Assembly: GCA_028534125.1 (NCBI GenBank)
Contig: CM052816.1
Span: 12,712,001 to 12,776,000, forward strand
Origin: Lama glama
Taxonomy: Eukaryota
Direction of reading: 5' to 3'
DNA length: 64,000 bases
The position numbers were made by a program, and so were the translations under genes. Position 1 is the stretch's first letter; every line of letters begins with the position of its first letter. Of this stretch, positions 11,482 to 24,581 are shown in pieces. The notes below the pieces were generated by a model. It made no database searches and had not been told where the DNA came from. It saw only the letters and a list, made by a program, of their open reading frames with translations.

Positions 11482-12635
11482 TTTTTTTAAATCTCTTGCC
11501 AGGATGGTGATGGGTTTAAAAAAAAACAAAAAAGAAAAGAAAACTCAGTGTTTTAAATTTGCATTTCCATAATTTCTTGTGAGATTCAGCATCTATTGAT
11601 GTTTTTACTGGCTTGATGTAGTTCTTCTGTGACTTGTCTGTTATAATTTTCGTCTGTTTTTCTACTGTGCTGTCCTTTACTGATTTATATTCTTTATGTA
11701 TTCTGAATATTCATACTTTGTGTATTATATATCTTGCAAATAATTTCTTAAGATTTTTCACTTTTTAAACTTTTCTTATGATTTATTTTTCATTAAGAGA
11801 ACTTAAATTACCAGGCCATTCAGTAGTTTCTGGGATTTTTATCTCTTTCTAACCTCTAAATTTTAATAATATCACTATATATTTTACTTATAGTTCCCTA
11901 GTTTTTATTTTATGCTCAGCTCTTGAATCCATAAATAATTTGTGTTTATGGATAATGCTTGGTAGAGATTTAATTTTATTTTATTAAAAAATCAATAGCT
12001 TATTTTCCCAGCACCATTTATTAAACAGAATTTCCTTACCCATGATTTGAAATATTACATTTATTTTCATCTCAATTCTCTTATATACATGGATTTCTAT
12101 TCTGGTCTATTGATTCTGTCTATTCCTGTGCTATTTCTATACTAATTTAACACTTTTAATTTTTAAGTGAATTCTAGTTTTTAAAAATGTCAGGAAAGGT
12201 GAGTCTTCCCTCAATATTCTTTGCTTTAAAAAAGTTTTCTTAGACATTCTTATTTTCTTCTCCAGATAAATTTTAGAAACAACTCACTAAGGTTTTAATT
12301 TCTATCCTTTTAAGATTATTATTGAGACTGAATGAATTTGTAAATTTATTTTGAGAAATTAATTTCTTCAATCCCATCCAAGAATACAATATGTTAGTCT
12401 CCTTACTTAGATTTCCTCTTAAAAGGTCTTATAGTTTTTTTGAAATAGATTCTTATGTATTTCTTGTTAGGTTTACTGATTGGAGCTTAATAAGGTTTTG
12501 TTGCCATTGTGAATGACAGTTTAAAAATCTATTATGTTTTCTAATTGCTATTGGGAAAAGAAATACAACTAAAGTTTACCTATTGCTATGGTATCTGGTC
12601 ACCTTTTTGAACTCCTTTATTCTAATAATAGGCCA
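11482..12635 (-). mobile_element. Old L1M ORF2 fragment (left part)
   Basis: T-rich antisense L1 signatures: ttttcccagcaccatttattaaa, ttcttctccagataaattttagaa, ttgttgccattgtgaatg. Confidence 0.8.
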
Positions 12636-12654
12636 GTTAACACCTGAAGTTTTA

Positions 12655-14395
12655 TTAAAAAATAATTATTAAGCACCTATTATGTGTCAGATGTCAGAGA
12701 TATGACCAGTCTGAGCTCAGAGAGACTTTCCATTCTAGCGGAGGAAGATGAGTTATAAACGAGGAAATAAACACATAAGCACAAGAACTGTAGCGCTGCG
12801 AAGGAAGTAAAAGGGAATGATATAGCAGAGAGAAAGCAGGGTTAAGAAGTATCACCAAGGATCGCTTCCTCGAGATGGTTTTGGAGACCAGCGACTCAGC
12901 CATGTCCAGAGCTTTCCAGGCAGAGTAAACAGCCAATGCAGAATTCCTGAAGTTGGCAAGAGCTTGGCAGTCCAAAGAACAGGAAGTAAATCCAAGTGGC
13001 TGGAGTAAGAGTGGACAGGGTGGAAGTTCCAACAGGTAGATAGAAACCAAGATAATATGAGGCTTTTTAGGCTGTGGCAAAGAGCTCAAATGTTACTCCA
13101 AGTGCAGTTTGGAGCTATCAAAAGGTCAGAATAGTGATACAATCTGATCTATGTTTTAAAACAATTGCTCAGACTGTGTGGAGGAAAAGCTTCCAGTAAC
13201 AAGAGGAGAAGTAGGAGGAGGTTGTATTGTAGGAACTGAGAGGTGCTGGTGGCTTGAGTAAGTTGGCAGCAGTGGAGGGGGAGAAATGGTTGTGTTCAAG
13301 ATACACCATGAAGTAGGATGAATCAGATTCACTGATGCATTTACTGAAGAGGATTATTAGGGTTTTGGCTTGAGTAGCTGGGTGGATTGTGGTACTATTT
13401 TCTGAGATAACAAACACTGGGGAATAGTGTTTTGTCAAGGGAGAGGGAGGATCAAGGGTTCTGTTTGGGAAATGTTTATTTTGAAATATATGGTTGACAT
13501 CCAAATTAATATGTCATAAAGATAGTGGGGTAGACAAGTCGAGCTCAGGGGAACAGTTAGTCCCAGAGACATAAACTGGAAGTTTTGAAGTATGAAGATA
13601 GAATTTAAAGACATAGGACCAGATGAGATAATGTAGGGAGAGAATATAATTACAGAAGAAATTACACGACCAAACTCAGTCAATGTAGCATTAAGAAGTC
13701 AGTTATAGGAGGAGGAGAGAGCAAATCATAGAAAACTATGGGAGGAAGAGGTAACCAAGGAGCCTGAGAAAGTGAGGAAGGAGGAATTGCAGGAAAGAGT
13801 GATGTCACAGAGGCCAAGAGAGGATGGGGTTTCAAGGAGAGAGCTCTAAGAATTCCGTCAAGTGCTGTTGAGAGATTGGGATCAAGGAAGCATAGCTGAT
13901 GACCTGAAGAACAACTTCATTGAAAGCCAGGGGGCTGAAAGTCCAGTTGGGATGAAAGCCAGGGTGAAATGATTTGAATACTAATTGAAGATGAGGAACG
14001 GAGACAGTTGGAGTAGACAGTTAACTCCTGAAAGAAGTTTTGCTGCAAAGGGAGTGACTACATGAAGTTGTAGTGTAAAGGACACAGGGGACAAAGAATG
14101 ATTTGCTTGTTCAAAAGATTTTAGATACCAGAGCTTCTTTATCTGCTGAAATGAAATAATCCAGAAGAGAGGAAGAAATCAAAGATGCAGGAGAGAGAGA
14201 GAAGGACAAAAAAATGCACGAGAGAAGAGAAGGGATGAGACGCAGAGTCTGAGTGGAGGAGAGAGCTTTGGTAGGAGGAGAGGCACTGGTATCAGAACTT
14301 GAGAGAAAATAAAACACCAGTACCCCTATGGAGAAGTTTATAGATTCTGTTGTGGTGAGATGGAGACCTTCCTATCTGAATCTATAAAGGGGACT
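12655..14395 (-). mobile_element. L2 (L2a-like), ~1.7 kb, including a degraded RT region
   Basis: 3' end ttattaagcacctattatgtgtcag. The minus ORF 13435-13683 (FSPYIISSG ... LYDILIWMSTIYFKINISQTEPLILP) resembles the L2 RT segment L..DIS.WM....LKLN.SKTEL. Confidence 0.85.
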
Positions 14396-14397
14396 CA

Positions 14398-15860
14398 ATC
14401 AGTTGATCATTTCTAGGTAAATGATCGCGATACCTGGAGATAATGATAGGGTTGCCTTTTCTTTTACAAATAAGTGTCTTATTACATTGGCTACTGACTC
14501 CAGTCTAATGGAGAATGGCAGTGATGGCAATAGCGTCTTTATAGCTCGTTTGCTTTAAAGAAAATAATTTACCACCTGACTACTAAAAAAGATGTTTGTG
14601 CTTATAGGTTTCTGGTAGGTATGGTACAGCAAATGTTTACTTTTTTGCATTTACATTTTTATATTTTATTACATTTACATATTTACACTTCCTGGGTTGA
14701 ATCAGACTTGGGATGGTTTACCTTGGTATAAACTTGACATGATGGTGATAACATCTTCCTCTTTTAACACAGTTCTCAACTTGAGTTGCTAACATTTATT
14801 TGGCTTTGTTAAAAATCTGTGTTCATAAGTGAAAATGGCATAGAGTGTTTTTGTGTATGTGCGATCATAAGTAAATTTTGGTTTCACGCCTACACCAGTT
14901 CTGTAAAATGACCTAGAAAGTCTTCCATGTTTTTGTAAGCTCCAGAACAATTTTTTCAAGGAAGGGAAATTATCTGTTATGAAAGAAATCCCTTGTTAAA
15001 CCGTTTGAGGTCTGGTGATTTTGTTTTAAAAGGAAGTTATCGGAGTATGCCTTTAGTTTCTTCTTTGATTATTATTTAGGATTTTCGTGTCATTTGTGGC
15101 CAGTTTGGGTCATTTTCTTTTCCTGGAAAATATTCATTTCATTCCAGTTTTTAAATATGTTTTAAAAAGTTTTATAAACCATGATACATTTTTAAAAATC
15201 TCTCTATCAGAAGTTACGTCCCTTATCTCATTTCCAGTGTCCCTTATCTCATTCCAATAAATTTCTCATTTATTTGTGTTTTTAGTTTTTTCCATCATCA
15301 GATTTGCCAAAATTTTGGTGTCAAAAAAGCTTTAATTTTATTGAACAATTCTTCAGATGTTGTAAATTCCCTGCTTTAAAAACGTATTCTATCTTTGTAA
15401 CTAATTTTTCTTTGAGTTTGTTGTGTTCTTTTGCTACTTCATTGCACTAAATTCCAGCTGATTTATTTTCTTTCTTCTTCATTTTCTAGTAAATGCATGA
15501 GAAGCTATAAATTTTCCACTGAATACCACTAGGACCATAGCCCGCAAGTTTTGACATGTAGGGTTCTTATTTTAAATCATTTCCAAAGAGGTTGTAACTT
15601 TCATTTAGATTACCTCTTTAAGACTTGTTTTGAAGGCAGTTTTAATTTTCAAGTGAGTATTATTATTTTGTCATGTTTTGCTATTAATTTCTAATTTTAT
15701 TGTGTTCTACCCAGGGAGGACATATTTCAGTATTTTAAAAAATTTGAAATTGTCATTGTGCTGTAATATGCAATCAATTTTTGAAGTGTGTTTCATCTAT
15801 ATTTTAAAACGCTCTACATTAATTTTGAAAAGCCAAATTTTAACATATGTAATTTTTAAT
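14398..15860 (-). mobile_element. Old L1M ORF2 fragment (right part, continues the 11482-12635 element)
   Basis: atttctaggtaaatgatc ... gtcttattacattggctactgactccagt ... tgttcataagtgaaaatggc ... caagttttgacatgtag. Confidence 0.8.
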
Positions 15861-15929
15861 TAGTTTAAATTTAGTAGTGTTTAACTCAAATATATGTACT
15901 TATATTTCTAAGAATTTTACAATACTGTT

Positions 15930-16660
15930 TTAAATTTTGAAACTATAAAATGCAGAAAATTATAAATAAGAAAGAAAAAATCCAAGTGCTCTGAACCTAC
16001 AGGTAAATATTAATATACTTTGGCATTTATTTTCAAAACTTTTAGCCTTCTTACATGATAAAAATAAAGCTATATGTAAACAGATGCATCCTGAACTTTT
16101 TCCTTATTTAGCCTCAATATTTTTGCATGTCAAATAATTCTTCATAACCACCATTTTAATAGCTAAATATTCCATAACAAGAATCTGCTATGACTATAAA
16201 GATGTTTTACGTTTTTTCTATTATAAATAATTCTGTAGTAGATATCTTGGTATATAAATCTTTCCATATTTAAGATTACTTTCATAGGATGAATCATAAA
16301 GGAGAAATGATTAAGTCAAACAGTGTGAACATTTTTAAGGCTCTTGTACTTAATAAGCATTTTATATGCATGTAAAACAAAAGAAATCCATGCTTTTCAT
16401 ATAAAGTGTACAATCACATCACTCGATCTCTGTCTCCTCTGGCTCCATCCTCTCTTTCTTCCTCGACCTACCTCCACTGCTTTACCAATCAGAGAAGTCC
16501 TAGTTTGCATAGCCTTCCAGACCTTTCTGCATGTGTCTACATGCAAGTGTCTGCATGTGTCTGTTTAATGTTTCTCTATAACTGTCTAAGAGTGTACATG
16601 CATACCTAAGTGCATAATAATATATATACACACACTCATTTTTAAAGTTAGAAAAAATAG
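15930..16660 (-). mobile_element. L1ME-like 3' UTR remnants
   Basis: aaatgcagaaaattataaataagaaa ... ttttttctattataaataattctgtagtagatatcttgg ... ttaagtcaaacagtgtgaacatttttaagg. Confidence 0.6.
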
Positions 16661-17153
16661 GTACTAGTTCAAGTAACAAATTTTCATATTTTCGGGTGCC
16701 TAATGATTAAAAATAGACCCCCACAGTACAGAGTGTCTCATTCCATCATTAATGTTTTGTAAGGATTTTAATAAAATAGTAAATTTCTCTGACCTTTCCT
16801 TCTTTATCTGGTAAATAATTGTCAGCATTTTCTAGTTTCTTTCTTTATCCAGCTTGAGCACTTGTGTAAAGGCTTGCTGCTCTTGCATGCTTTCCTCAAA
16901 TGTTTTTTAATTATTAGAGACAGAATTTGTTACAGTGGGGGAGTATCTTCTCCTCGGACAGTCAACTTCAAGAGCATGGCACTTGGAGCACAGTAAGTTC
17001 TCCTAAGATGTAAAGAAAATGGAGATTAATAGATACTCACTAGACGGTTGATGGCGGCGTACTAGAAGGCGTGCCTACCTTCTGCTTTTGGGTTGATGTT
17101 ATTATTTGGGGGTATCCCGCAAAATAGCTAAATAGTAGCTTGACTGTCAGGTG

Positions 17154-17680
17154 CGTATCGCTCAGGCTGCTCTAAGCTGCAAGTTGCAGAAAACCTAAAT
17201 TGGCTTGACTGCTAAGGAAGACATACCACTTCCTCTGACAAGTGTTCTCAAGGTAGCTTAACGCCAGAGTGCGTTAGTCCTGTGACCCATGATACCACCA
17301 AGAGCCCTTCCTCCTCCTGTACCATCCTCAGCCTGTCTGCTTTGTCTTCAGCTAACTCCTTGCCTGTGGTCTCAGTACCGCTGCCACGGTTTCAGCTGCC
17401 CCATGTAGATATTGAAAATGTCTAGTAATGAACTTGTCCTTACAAAGTTTCCAAATAAGGAAGACTGTTGCCCAGAAAGGTCCAAACTGACTTCTGCTCT
17501 TGGCTCATTGGCTGGCCTTGCGTGCTGATATCAATCATGTGATTGGCTTGGCTTGTCAGCCCATTCTCCCTTGAAGCAAGTGGCCCCGTTAAAGAGGGTG
17601 GATATCCAGACAAGATCAGGGGTGCAGTAGGAAGGAACAAGTTGAGAGATGGGAAGAAATATCATGTAGGCAACCAACTG
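17154..17680 (-). mobile_element. MLT1J/K-like ERVL-MaLR solo LTR
   Basis: gtatcgctcaggctgctctaagctgcaagttgcagaaaacc ... ctcattggctgg ... gtaggcaaccaac. Confidence 0.7.
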
Positions 17681-18250
17681 CGCCTACAAAAATGTGGGTA
17701 ATGTTGCCTATTAATAGTTTAAAATTAATTACACTATAGTGATGGCCTAATAACTAAAGATAAATACTTAAGATATATAAGTATTAATTATATAAAATAT
17801 GCAATCTGTACTTAAATCTGTTACATAAGCCTGCTTTTAATTTCAAGTCTAGGTGATAAGCAAAGCTACCTTTAAGAAAGTTCGTGCTTTCCAAACATTT
17901 AAATATCTCCATTTAAGGAAGAAAACATGTTCCAGAATTATCCTCCTTTGCTAGAATTTATCACAGTAATGTGTGGAAGTGGCCAGACTGGGAAGCAGTT
18001 ACAATAAATCATATCCATTTATCTGTAACATGCTCTGCATTTTTAAAGATGGCAGTATGTTCACCTCAATAGTTAAAAGTGCATTTTCAAGCCTCTTTTG
18101 ATACAGTTTTTCTTCCTCTAGTTTTAGGTGATAGCACTATAAATTTTTGATGATTATATTGTTGTGAACTGCATCATGCATGAAGCTGTTAAATAATCTG
18201 AACATTAATGAGTAAGGCTTACTTGTAGAGAGGAAACCATCTTTACTTCT

Positions 18251-18383
18251 TGTTTTTTCTTTTCTCTCTTTTTTTAAAAAAACTGTAGTATAGTCATTTT
18301 ATAATGGTGTGCCAATTTCTGGTGTACAGCATAATGTTTCAGTCACACATATACATACATATATTCCTTTTTCATTATGGATG
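18251..18383 (-). mobile_element. 5'-truncated young L1 3' end with 13-bp TSD
   Basis: Exact repeat catctttacttct at 18238-18250 and 18384-18396; T-rich tail; tttctggtgtacagcataatgtttcagtc is antisense artiodactyl L1 terminus. Confidence 0.9.
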
Positions 18384-19177
18384 CATCTTTACTTCTAACA
18401 CGAGGCAGTAGGATGCTTGTGAAAGATGCAGTATATAATCCATTAAAATATTACCTTCTCCCTGAAGGCCTTTTAGAGAGAGAGATGATAAATTAAGACC
18501 TGAGGTATCCCAAACATGATAAGACCTGAATATTTGATTTCGTTCCAGACGATAGAAGAGGATGATGAGTGAGTCATAAATTTGAGAAATTTGACTACTG
18601 GGGAAAGGAATTTTTGTATAAATTGTTCATATGGCCATGACTCGTGGTCGTGGTAATGGATCTTAGGGGTCAACATTGTGCCGTATCTTTATCCACTTGT
18701 TGGTCCGTGGTGGGATAACTATTTCACTTTGTTTCATACTTAAGGAAACTTTTGCTCATTTCCAGCATTTGACTCCCTTTATTCTCTCCCTCCCACTGCA
18801 AGTATGGAAAGAAAACAAAGCTCCTGCTCTTTGGGTTCAAAACAATTATGTGCAGGCTCTCTGTGTATGACGCTGCATTGTGCTGTTTGAAGGTCATGAA
18901 TTATAGCTGCTGAGACTGGCTGGATGCTTTTCTCAGGGAAAAGAATAAGGGGGGAGGATAAAGGAAATCTTCCATCCCTTTAGCAAAGGGATCCACTGTT
19001 GAATATTAGCTTGAGGATGGAGAACAAGTCCCAGGCTTCTTTATTTCTCTAGTATTTCAGGCTTTACATACACTAGCCACTCAGTCACTGCAAGGATATT
19101 TGAGGTAGCGAGGAACACACCCATTTCTGCTCACACTTTATTGTGCAATCTTAAAAGTGACTACTGACCCACTAGGC

Positions 19178-19368
19178 CAGGGCTCTATAAAGGGTCAGTC
19201 AGTGTTTTCATCTTTGTGGGGCATACAGCCTCTGTCACAACCAGTCAACTCAGCCGTAGGTGTAATATGTAAACCAATGGGTGTGGTCCCATCATGTCCA
19301 GGTAAAACTTTATTCACAAAAAGTGTGGGCAGGATTTGGCCTGGGGGCTGTAGTTTGCTGCCCCCTGC
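19178..19368 (-). mobile_element. MER58A-like hAT-Charlie MITE
   Basis: ctataaagggtcag ... aaaactttattcacaaaaa ... ggatttggcctgggggctgtagtttgctgccccctg. Confidence 0.85.
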
Positions 19369-20029
19369 ACCAGGCTGTAACACACCGCACCCTTCCTTGG
19401 AGTCCTTTTTAGATGCTCTTCACAACAGCGGTCCCCAAAGGAAGGTGTTAGAGCAGGTCTCCTGGTGGAAACGACGTGGCTTCAAAATCATGTAAAGAAA
19501 TACAGGGGTGGAGAGTATTGCCAGTTAGGAAGGAAATTTTCGGTCTATCTGAGGGCTTCCAGGCCAGCAATGAGAATTACTGACCATTCCTATGGAGAAA
19601 TTAATCAGCGTAAGTCAATCACTTATGATACAGGTTTTCAGCAAAACTAATGAAATTGGCTGGAATCGAATTGGGAGGGGACACAGGAGGGGCAAATTGC
19701 ACAGCAGCATGCTCACTGGCTAGGAGGGGTTATTAATCAGCTAATAGTAAAAGGGAACAACATTTCTATCATCTTTGAATAGATAAATAGATAGCTAGCT
19801 AGCTAACATTTTTTAAAGGGCACATTAGCTAAGGGATATTAATATCTTAATTTTTGAGTCATTTATTTTCTGTGGGATAATTTAGTTGGCTAATGAATGA
19901 GAGCGTGATGAGGTAGCTATCAGTAACAGCACAGCAACCGGTGGGCCTCTCTGGGCCTCCGTGTGCTCAGTGCCCTGCAGCAACCTACGGGCAGGACCCG
20001 CAGAGAGCTGTGCGATCCATCACGCTGTA

Positions 20030-20410
20030 AACTGGAGGAGACCGTGGGCTCCGGGGTCAGACGAGTCTAGTGAATCCTGCTGCTCACGTCTCACTGAGTC
20101 ACCTTGGGTGAAGTAACTACCCTCTCACAGCCTTAAGTTCCTCCTCCGTAAAGTGGGAATGAGAATGAGATGGATGTCACAGGGTTGTGATCAAGATTAA
20201 GGGAAATGATTGCATATGAAACTGTCATGCAGGGCCTGACACATGGGAAATACTCAGTAACTGGTAGCAATTATGATTATTGATTGGAAAGTTTGAATAC
20301 TGCTGCTAGATCTGTCAGTGCTTCCCTGTGTGACCTTGGCTGAGTTAATTCTCTCACCGGGGCTCTTTTTCTTCTGTGTAATTAGGGGCTAGGTTATCCC
20401 GAAAGTGCTT
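20030..20410 (+). mobile_element. MIR followed by a MIR3-like fragment
   Basis: gggctccggggtcagac ... caccttgggtgaagtaactaccctctc ... cagggttgtgatcaagattaagggaaatgat; then tgtgtgaccttggctgagttaattctctc. Confidence 0.75.
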
Positions 20411-20799
20411 TTGAAAGTCTAAGCCTTCTAAAATAATTCGAGCAAAAACCCCTGCCGCTTTTCAGATGAAGTGGAACTAGACCGTGAATAGTAGCATTGT
20501 TGTTCCATGGTGGCTTCTGCAGAATGGAAAGTTTCCCTGCACTGCTCGGGTCAGCCTGTGAGGACCTAAAACAGTCTGTAAGCATCTGCTGGCCTTTCCA
20601 GTGTCTGCTGTCTGTTGGTGTTTATTCATGCATCTTCATCTTCTTGAATTTTACTCTTGTTCCAAGTCAGACAGACTTGGAAAGATTGGACCTCAGTCAT
20701 AATTGAAAAATTGTAGAGAAGACACCAAGAGACCCAGAAACCAGAGAAGACATGACCACTGAATAATGAATGATTGCAGGTTCTGTGATGCAGGGCCTT

Positions 20800-20945
20800 C
20801 GGGGGCAGTAGGATTTGGGTTCCAGCCTAGGCCCTGCACTTATAAACTGTGTGATATGGGGCAAATCCATCATCCTTATAGTATAATTACAAAATAGAAG
20901 ATAATTCCTACTTCATAGGATTGTGGCAAGGGCTGACTGCAATGG
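20800..20945 (+). mobile_element. MIR fragment
   Basis: ttgggttccagcctaggccctgcacttataaactgtgtgatatggggcaaatc ... cctacttcataggattgtggcaagg. Confidence 0.7.
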
Positions 20946-20956
20946 CTCTGCAAGTC

Positions 20957-21093
20957 CATAGTTCCTGGATTCTGTGACACGTTTTCACATTCTGAAACTG
21001 AAATGTGTTCTTACAATTGATGCACCTAATAGTGTTTCATTTTTTTCTGAAAGATGTTAATAAATTGAGGGCCCTCAAGAATCAAGCAAATTT
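20957..21093 (+). mobile_element. MER104-like TcMar-Tc2 MITE
   Basis: ccatagttcctggattct ... ttttcacatt ... atgtgttcttacaattgatg ... aagaatcaagcaaat, with degenerate TIRs. Confidence 0.55.
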
Positions 21094-22104
21094 TGCAATA
21101 ATATCCAATAAAATTAGCTTCTGTCATTATAATCTCTGTAATGATTTTTTTGTTTTAATTCTGTCCATATAAATAGTGTAGTACTTTTGATTTGGGGCAC
21201 TAATATTATAAGATCAAAATTATAGAAAAAGAAGCCTTATTTAATACTGCTAGCTCATACAAGTATAAGCAATTTCCTCACACTGATTATCATTGGACTG
21301 CTCCTAGTTAAAGAATAAATCATTTATTTTACCTACTGCATTAGAACAAAGAACATTTTCAATAAACTCTATTCACCCTTTCTTTATCTCATCAGTACAA
21401 TGCATTTTCACTTAACAGACCTTTACCACTCTTTTTTTGATGCTGTTAAATACAAAAAAAAATCTTATTTGCATTCAGTATAATTGATTTCATTTTTCAT
21501 TTGGTTACATGGTATCAAACGGATTTGGTGTTTTTTTACCAGGGCAGTTCTTGCATCTGAAAAATAAATTAATGATACTGCTTTCGCTTGATTTTCTTCC
21601 TTGACCAAGGCCAAAGATATATCACTTTCCAAGTACTTTCATAATGTAACTATCTGTACCCACTAATTTCTCAGAAGCCTGGTACTTGTACATTTCATTC
21701 AGGCACTAATTTACTTTTATTTTTATCACTATAATTTATATCTGGAGTCTTGTGCCTTGGTGGCCACATCAGCCTGCCAGGCTGCTGTGTGTTAAACTCT
21801 ATGAAATTGCAATATGCAGTGTTAAATCAGGCAGGAAATGAAATTGAAAACCACGTAAGTCAACTGCTGATGTCTTAATGGCAGAAGGCTGAGCCTCTCT
21901 ACTCTTTTTGTTCTGATCTGTAATTCCCAGGACCCTGGAGGCAATCACTGCTCCCTCACTGAGAAATCAATGAAAAGAGCACACCAGAGAGTGATTAATA
22001 CATTCATTTTTTCCATTTGCAAGGCACCCCCCAACACCACCACCACCATAACCACTCCCATGTATAATCTGGTCACAGATTACTTTAAAATGTATCATCA
22101 CAAG

Positions 22105-23070
22105 TTTATTTATTGAAGTATAATTTACACAAGTGAAATGTTCATATCTTAGATGTGCTGTCCAACCATTTCTGATAAAAGCATACACTTGTGTAGAACA
22201 TGCCCACATCAAAATGCAGAACATTTCCATCGACTCAGAAAGTTTCCCATGTCCCTGCGCAGGCAATCCCCCTCCCAGAAATGACCACTAATCCTATTAT
22301 TTATCACTAAATGATAGTTTTGTATATTTCAGAGTTTTATAGAAATGGAATCAGGTAGTATGTCATCTCTTGCGTCTTACTTCTTTCATGTAGCAAAGTG
22401 TTTCTGAGAATGACTCATGTTACTGGGGGTATCAGTGGCCCATCCCTTTTTATTGCAGAGGAGGACTCCATTATGGGAAAAGACCATAGTTTACTAATCC
22501 ATTCTCCTATTGATGGACATCTGGGATGTTTCCAATTTGGGATTACTGTGAAAAAAGATGCTATGGACATTTTTATTTGGCTTTGGGTGTACATATGCTT
22601 TTGTTTCTTTTGGATAAACAGTTAAGAGTAGAATTGCTGGGTCGCAGAGTATATTTATGTTCAGCTTTTGCGGAGACTGCCAGTTTTCTGAAATGGTTGT
22701 TCCATTTTACATTTCCACCAGTAATGTGTGAGAATTCCAGGTGCTCCAATATTTGATGTTGTCAATATTTTATATTTTAGCCTTTCTAGAAGGTGTGTAG
22801 TGGTATTTTATCATGGTTCGAATTTGCTTTTCCTGATGACTAATAATATGAACACGTTTTCATATGCCTGTTGGCCATTTGCATATCATCTTTATGCAAA
22901 AGTGTGAAAAATATGTGAATTGTCTGTTTGGATATTTTGTCCATTTATTTTACTGCACTGTCTTATTATTAAGTTATAGATGTTCTTCATATATTCTAGA
23001 CAGAAGCCCTTTGGCACAAATACTTGTTGAGAATATTTTCTTCTGGTGTGTGACTTGTCTATTTTCTCAA
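22105..23070 (-). mobile_element. L1MB/MC-like 3' UTR and ORF2 end
   Basis: tttattgaagtataatttacac ... aaatggaatcaggtagtatgt ... ttgatggacatctgggatgtttccaatttggg ... gaattgctgggtcgcag. Confidence 0.9.
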
Positions 23071-23104
23071 AAGCATTTTTGGGTCACAAATCCCTCCACT
23101 TTTT

Positions 23105-23290
23105 AAAAATCAACCAAAGTCCACAGTTTACATTAGGGTTCATTCTTTATGTTGTACATGCAGTGGGTTTTGACAAATGTATAATGACATGTATCCATCA
23201 TTATAATGTCATAGAATAGTTTCACTGCTCTAAAAAATCTCCGATTTCACCTCTTCTTCCCTCTCACCTCTCAAAACCCTGGTAGCCCTG

Positions 23291-23346
<56 letters not shown>

Positions 23347-23425
23347 TTTTTTTTTTTACTGTCTCCATAGTTTTTCCTTTTCCAGGCTGTCATATGGTTG
23401 GAATCATACAGTATGTTCAGTATGT
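23105..23425 (-). mobile_element. L1MC-like 3' UTR fragment containing a compound microsatellite
   Basis: caaagtccacagtttacattagggttcattctttatgttgtacat ... actgtctccatagtttttccttttccagg. Confidence 0.85.
23291..23357 (+). repeat. (AT)n(GT)n(AT)n compound microsatellite plus poly-T
   Basis: Read directly from the sequence. Confidence 0.95.
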
Positions 23426-23679
23426 TGCCTATTTGGAGTCACAACTCCCTTTTAAAACATACAGTATCTTTCATATTCTAAGTGGAAATTGATTTTTAAT
23501 GGATTTTAATTATCCTTCTTTGTGGAAAGTTTGTTGATAAGAACATGATCATTATCTATAGATTTTTTTAAATTGACATTTAGAAAGTGGGAAGAGTCCA
23601 GGAGGGGTTAGTTGGTCTTAATTTAACACCCTTATCATGCAAATTATCAGCCAAGCAGAAAAGCAAATCTTAGAAAAAG

Positions 23680-23880
23680 CAGAAGAGCACTGTACTGAGA
23701 CTGCAGCTCTCAAGTCCATCTAGATTTGAATCTTGGATCTTCCACTTACTAGATGTGTAACTTCAGCCAGTTATTCAACCCTCCCTCCCATTTTATCATG
23801 AGGATAATAATTGCCTGGTAACAAGGTTAAGTGAGAAAATACACGGGAAGCGCTTAGCAGCCACATAGTTAATTCCTAAG
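23680..23880 (+). mobile_element. MIR
   Basis: tttgaatcttggatcttccacttactagatgtgtaacttcagccagtta ... aggttaagtgagaaaatacacgggaagcgcttagc. Confidence 0.75.
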
Positions 23881-24581
23881 AAATGCACCCAGTTCTCTGT
23901 ATAATTACAAACCACCCAGGACGCATCTGAAATCCACTCAGGTTGAACACTAAGGATGGCATTGGAGACTCCGTCTCTGGAGCTCTGGGCAACTTCTGAC
24001 CTCGAGGGTGAGGTCTGCCAGTTCTTGAGCTGGGTTTACCTCAACTGGAGAACTGCTTCTGGTATCCAGAAAGTGTAGAGAAGCAGAACGACAGTGCTAT
24101 GCAGTTGGTGGCACTCGGGGTGGCAGGGAAGGCTCTAGAGGCAGCTCAGGGCTAGATCAAGCAATACACTGGTGTTGGTGCACTCAGCTGGGTACATCAA
24201 ATGCTGTTTCCAGTAAAACTTTTGTAGTGGGCGAGCTGGAAGTGCTGCTGGAACCTACAAAAGAAAAGGGTCTTCTTTGTTAGCAGTTTATTTTAGAATC
24301 TACAAAATGAGCGTTTTGTTCGGGAGCCTAGGTTTGAACTTGCTCAGCACTGTCTGCTCTGCTCAAACTTCAATATATGAGTAAGAAGCATGTTGAAATT
24401 CATTGTGACAGCCTCTAAGGAACTGTCTTTATTAACCACTTTTGCCTGGACTTCCACTAATATCTAAGGATATTTCAGAGGTCATACATACACTGTGTTT
24501 TTGGAGTGCTCTAAAGGTAGACGCACATTGTCATCATAGAAGGTGCCGTGGCTACAACGGCAGGGCTTGGCCTGTCATATA

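Noticed and set aside
13435..13683. Functional reverse transcriptase
   Set aside because: Degraded L2 fossil; the YADD catalytic motif is lost
21781..21860. Possible exon ending CAC|GTAAGT
   Set aside because: Weak acceptor and unrecognised peptide
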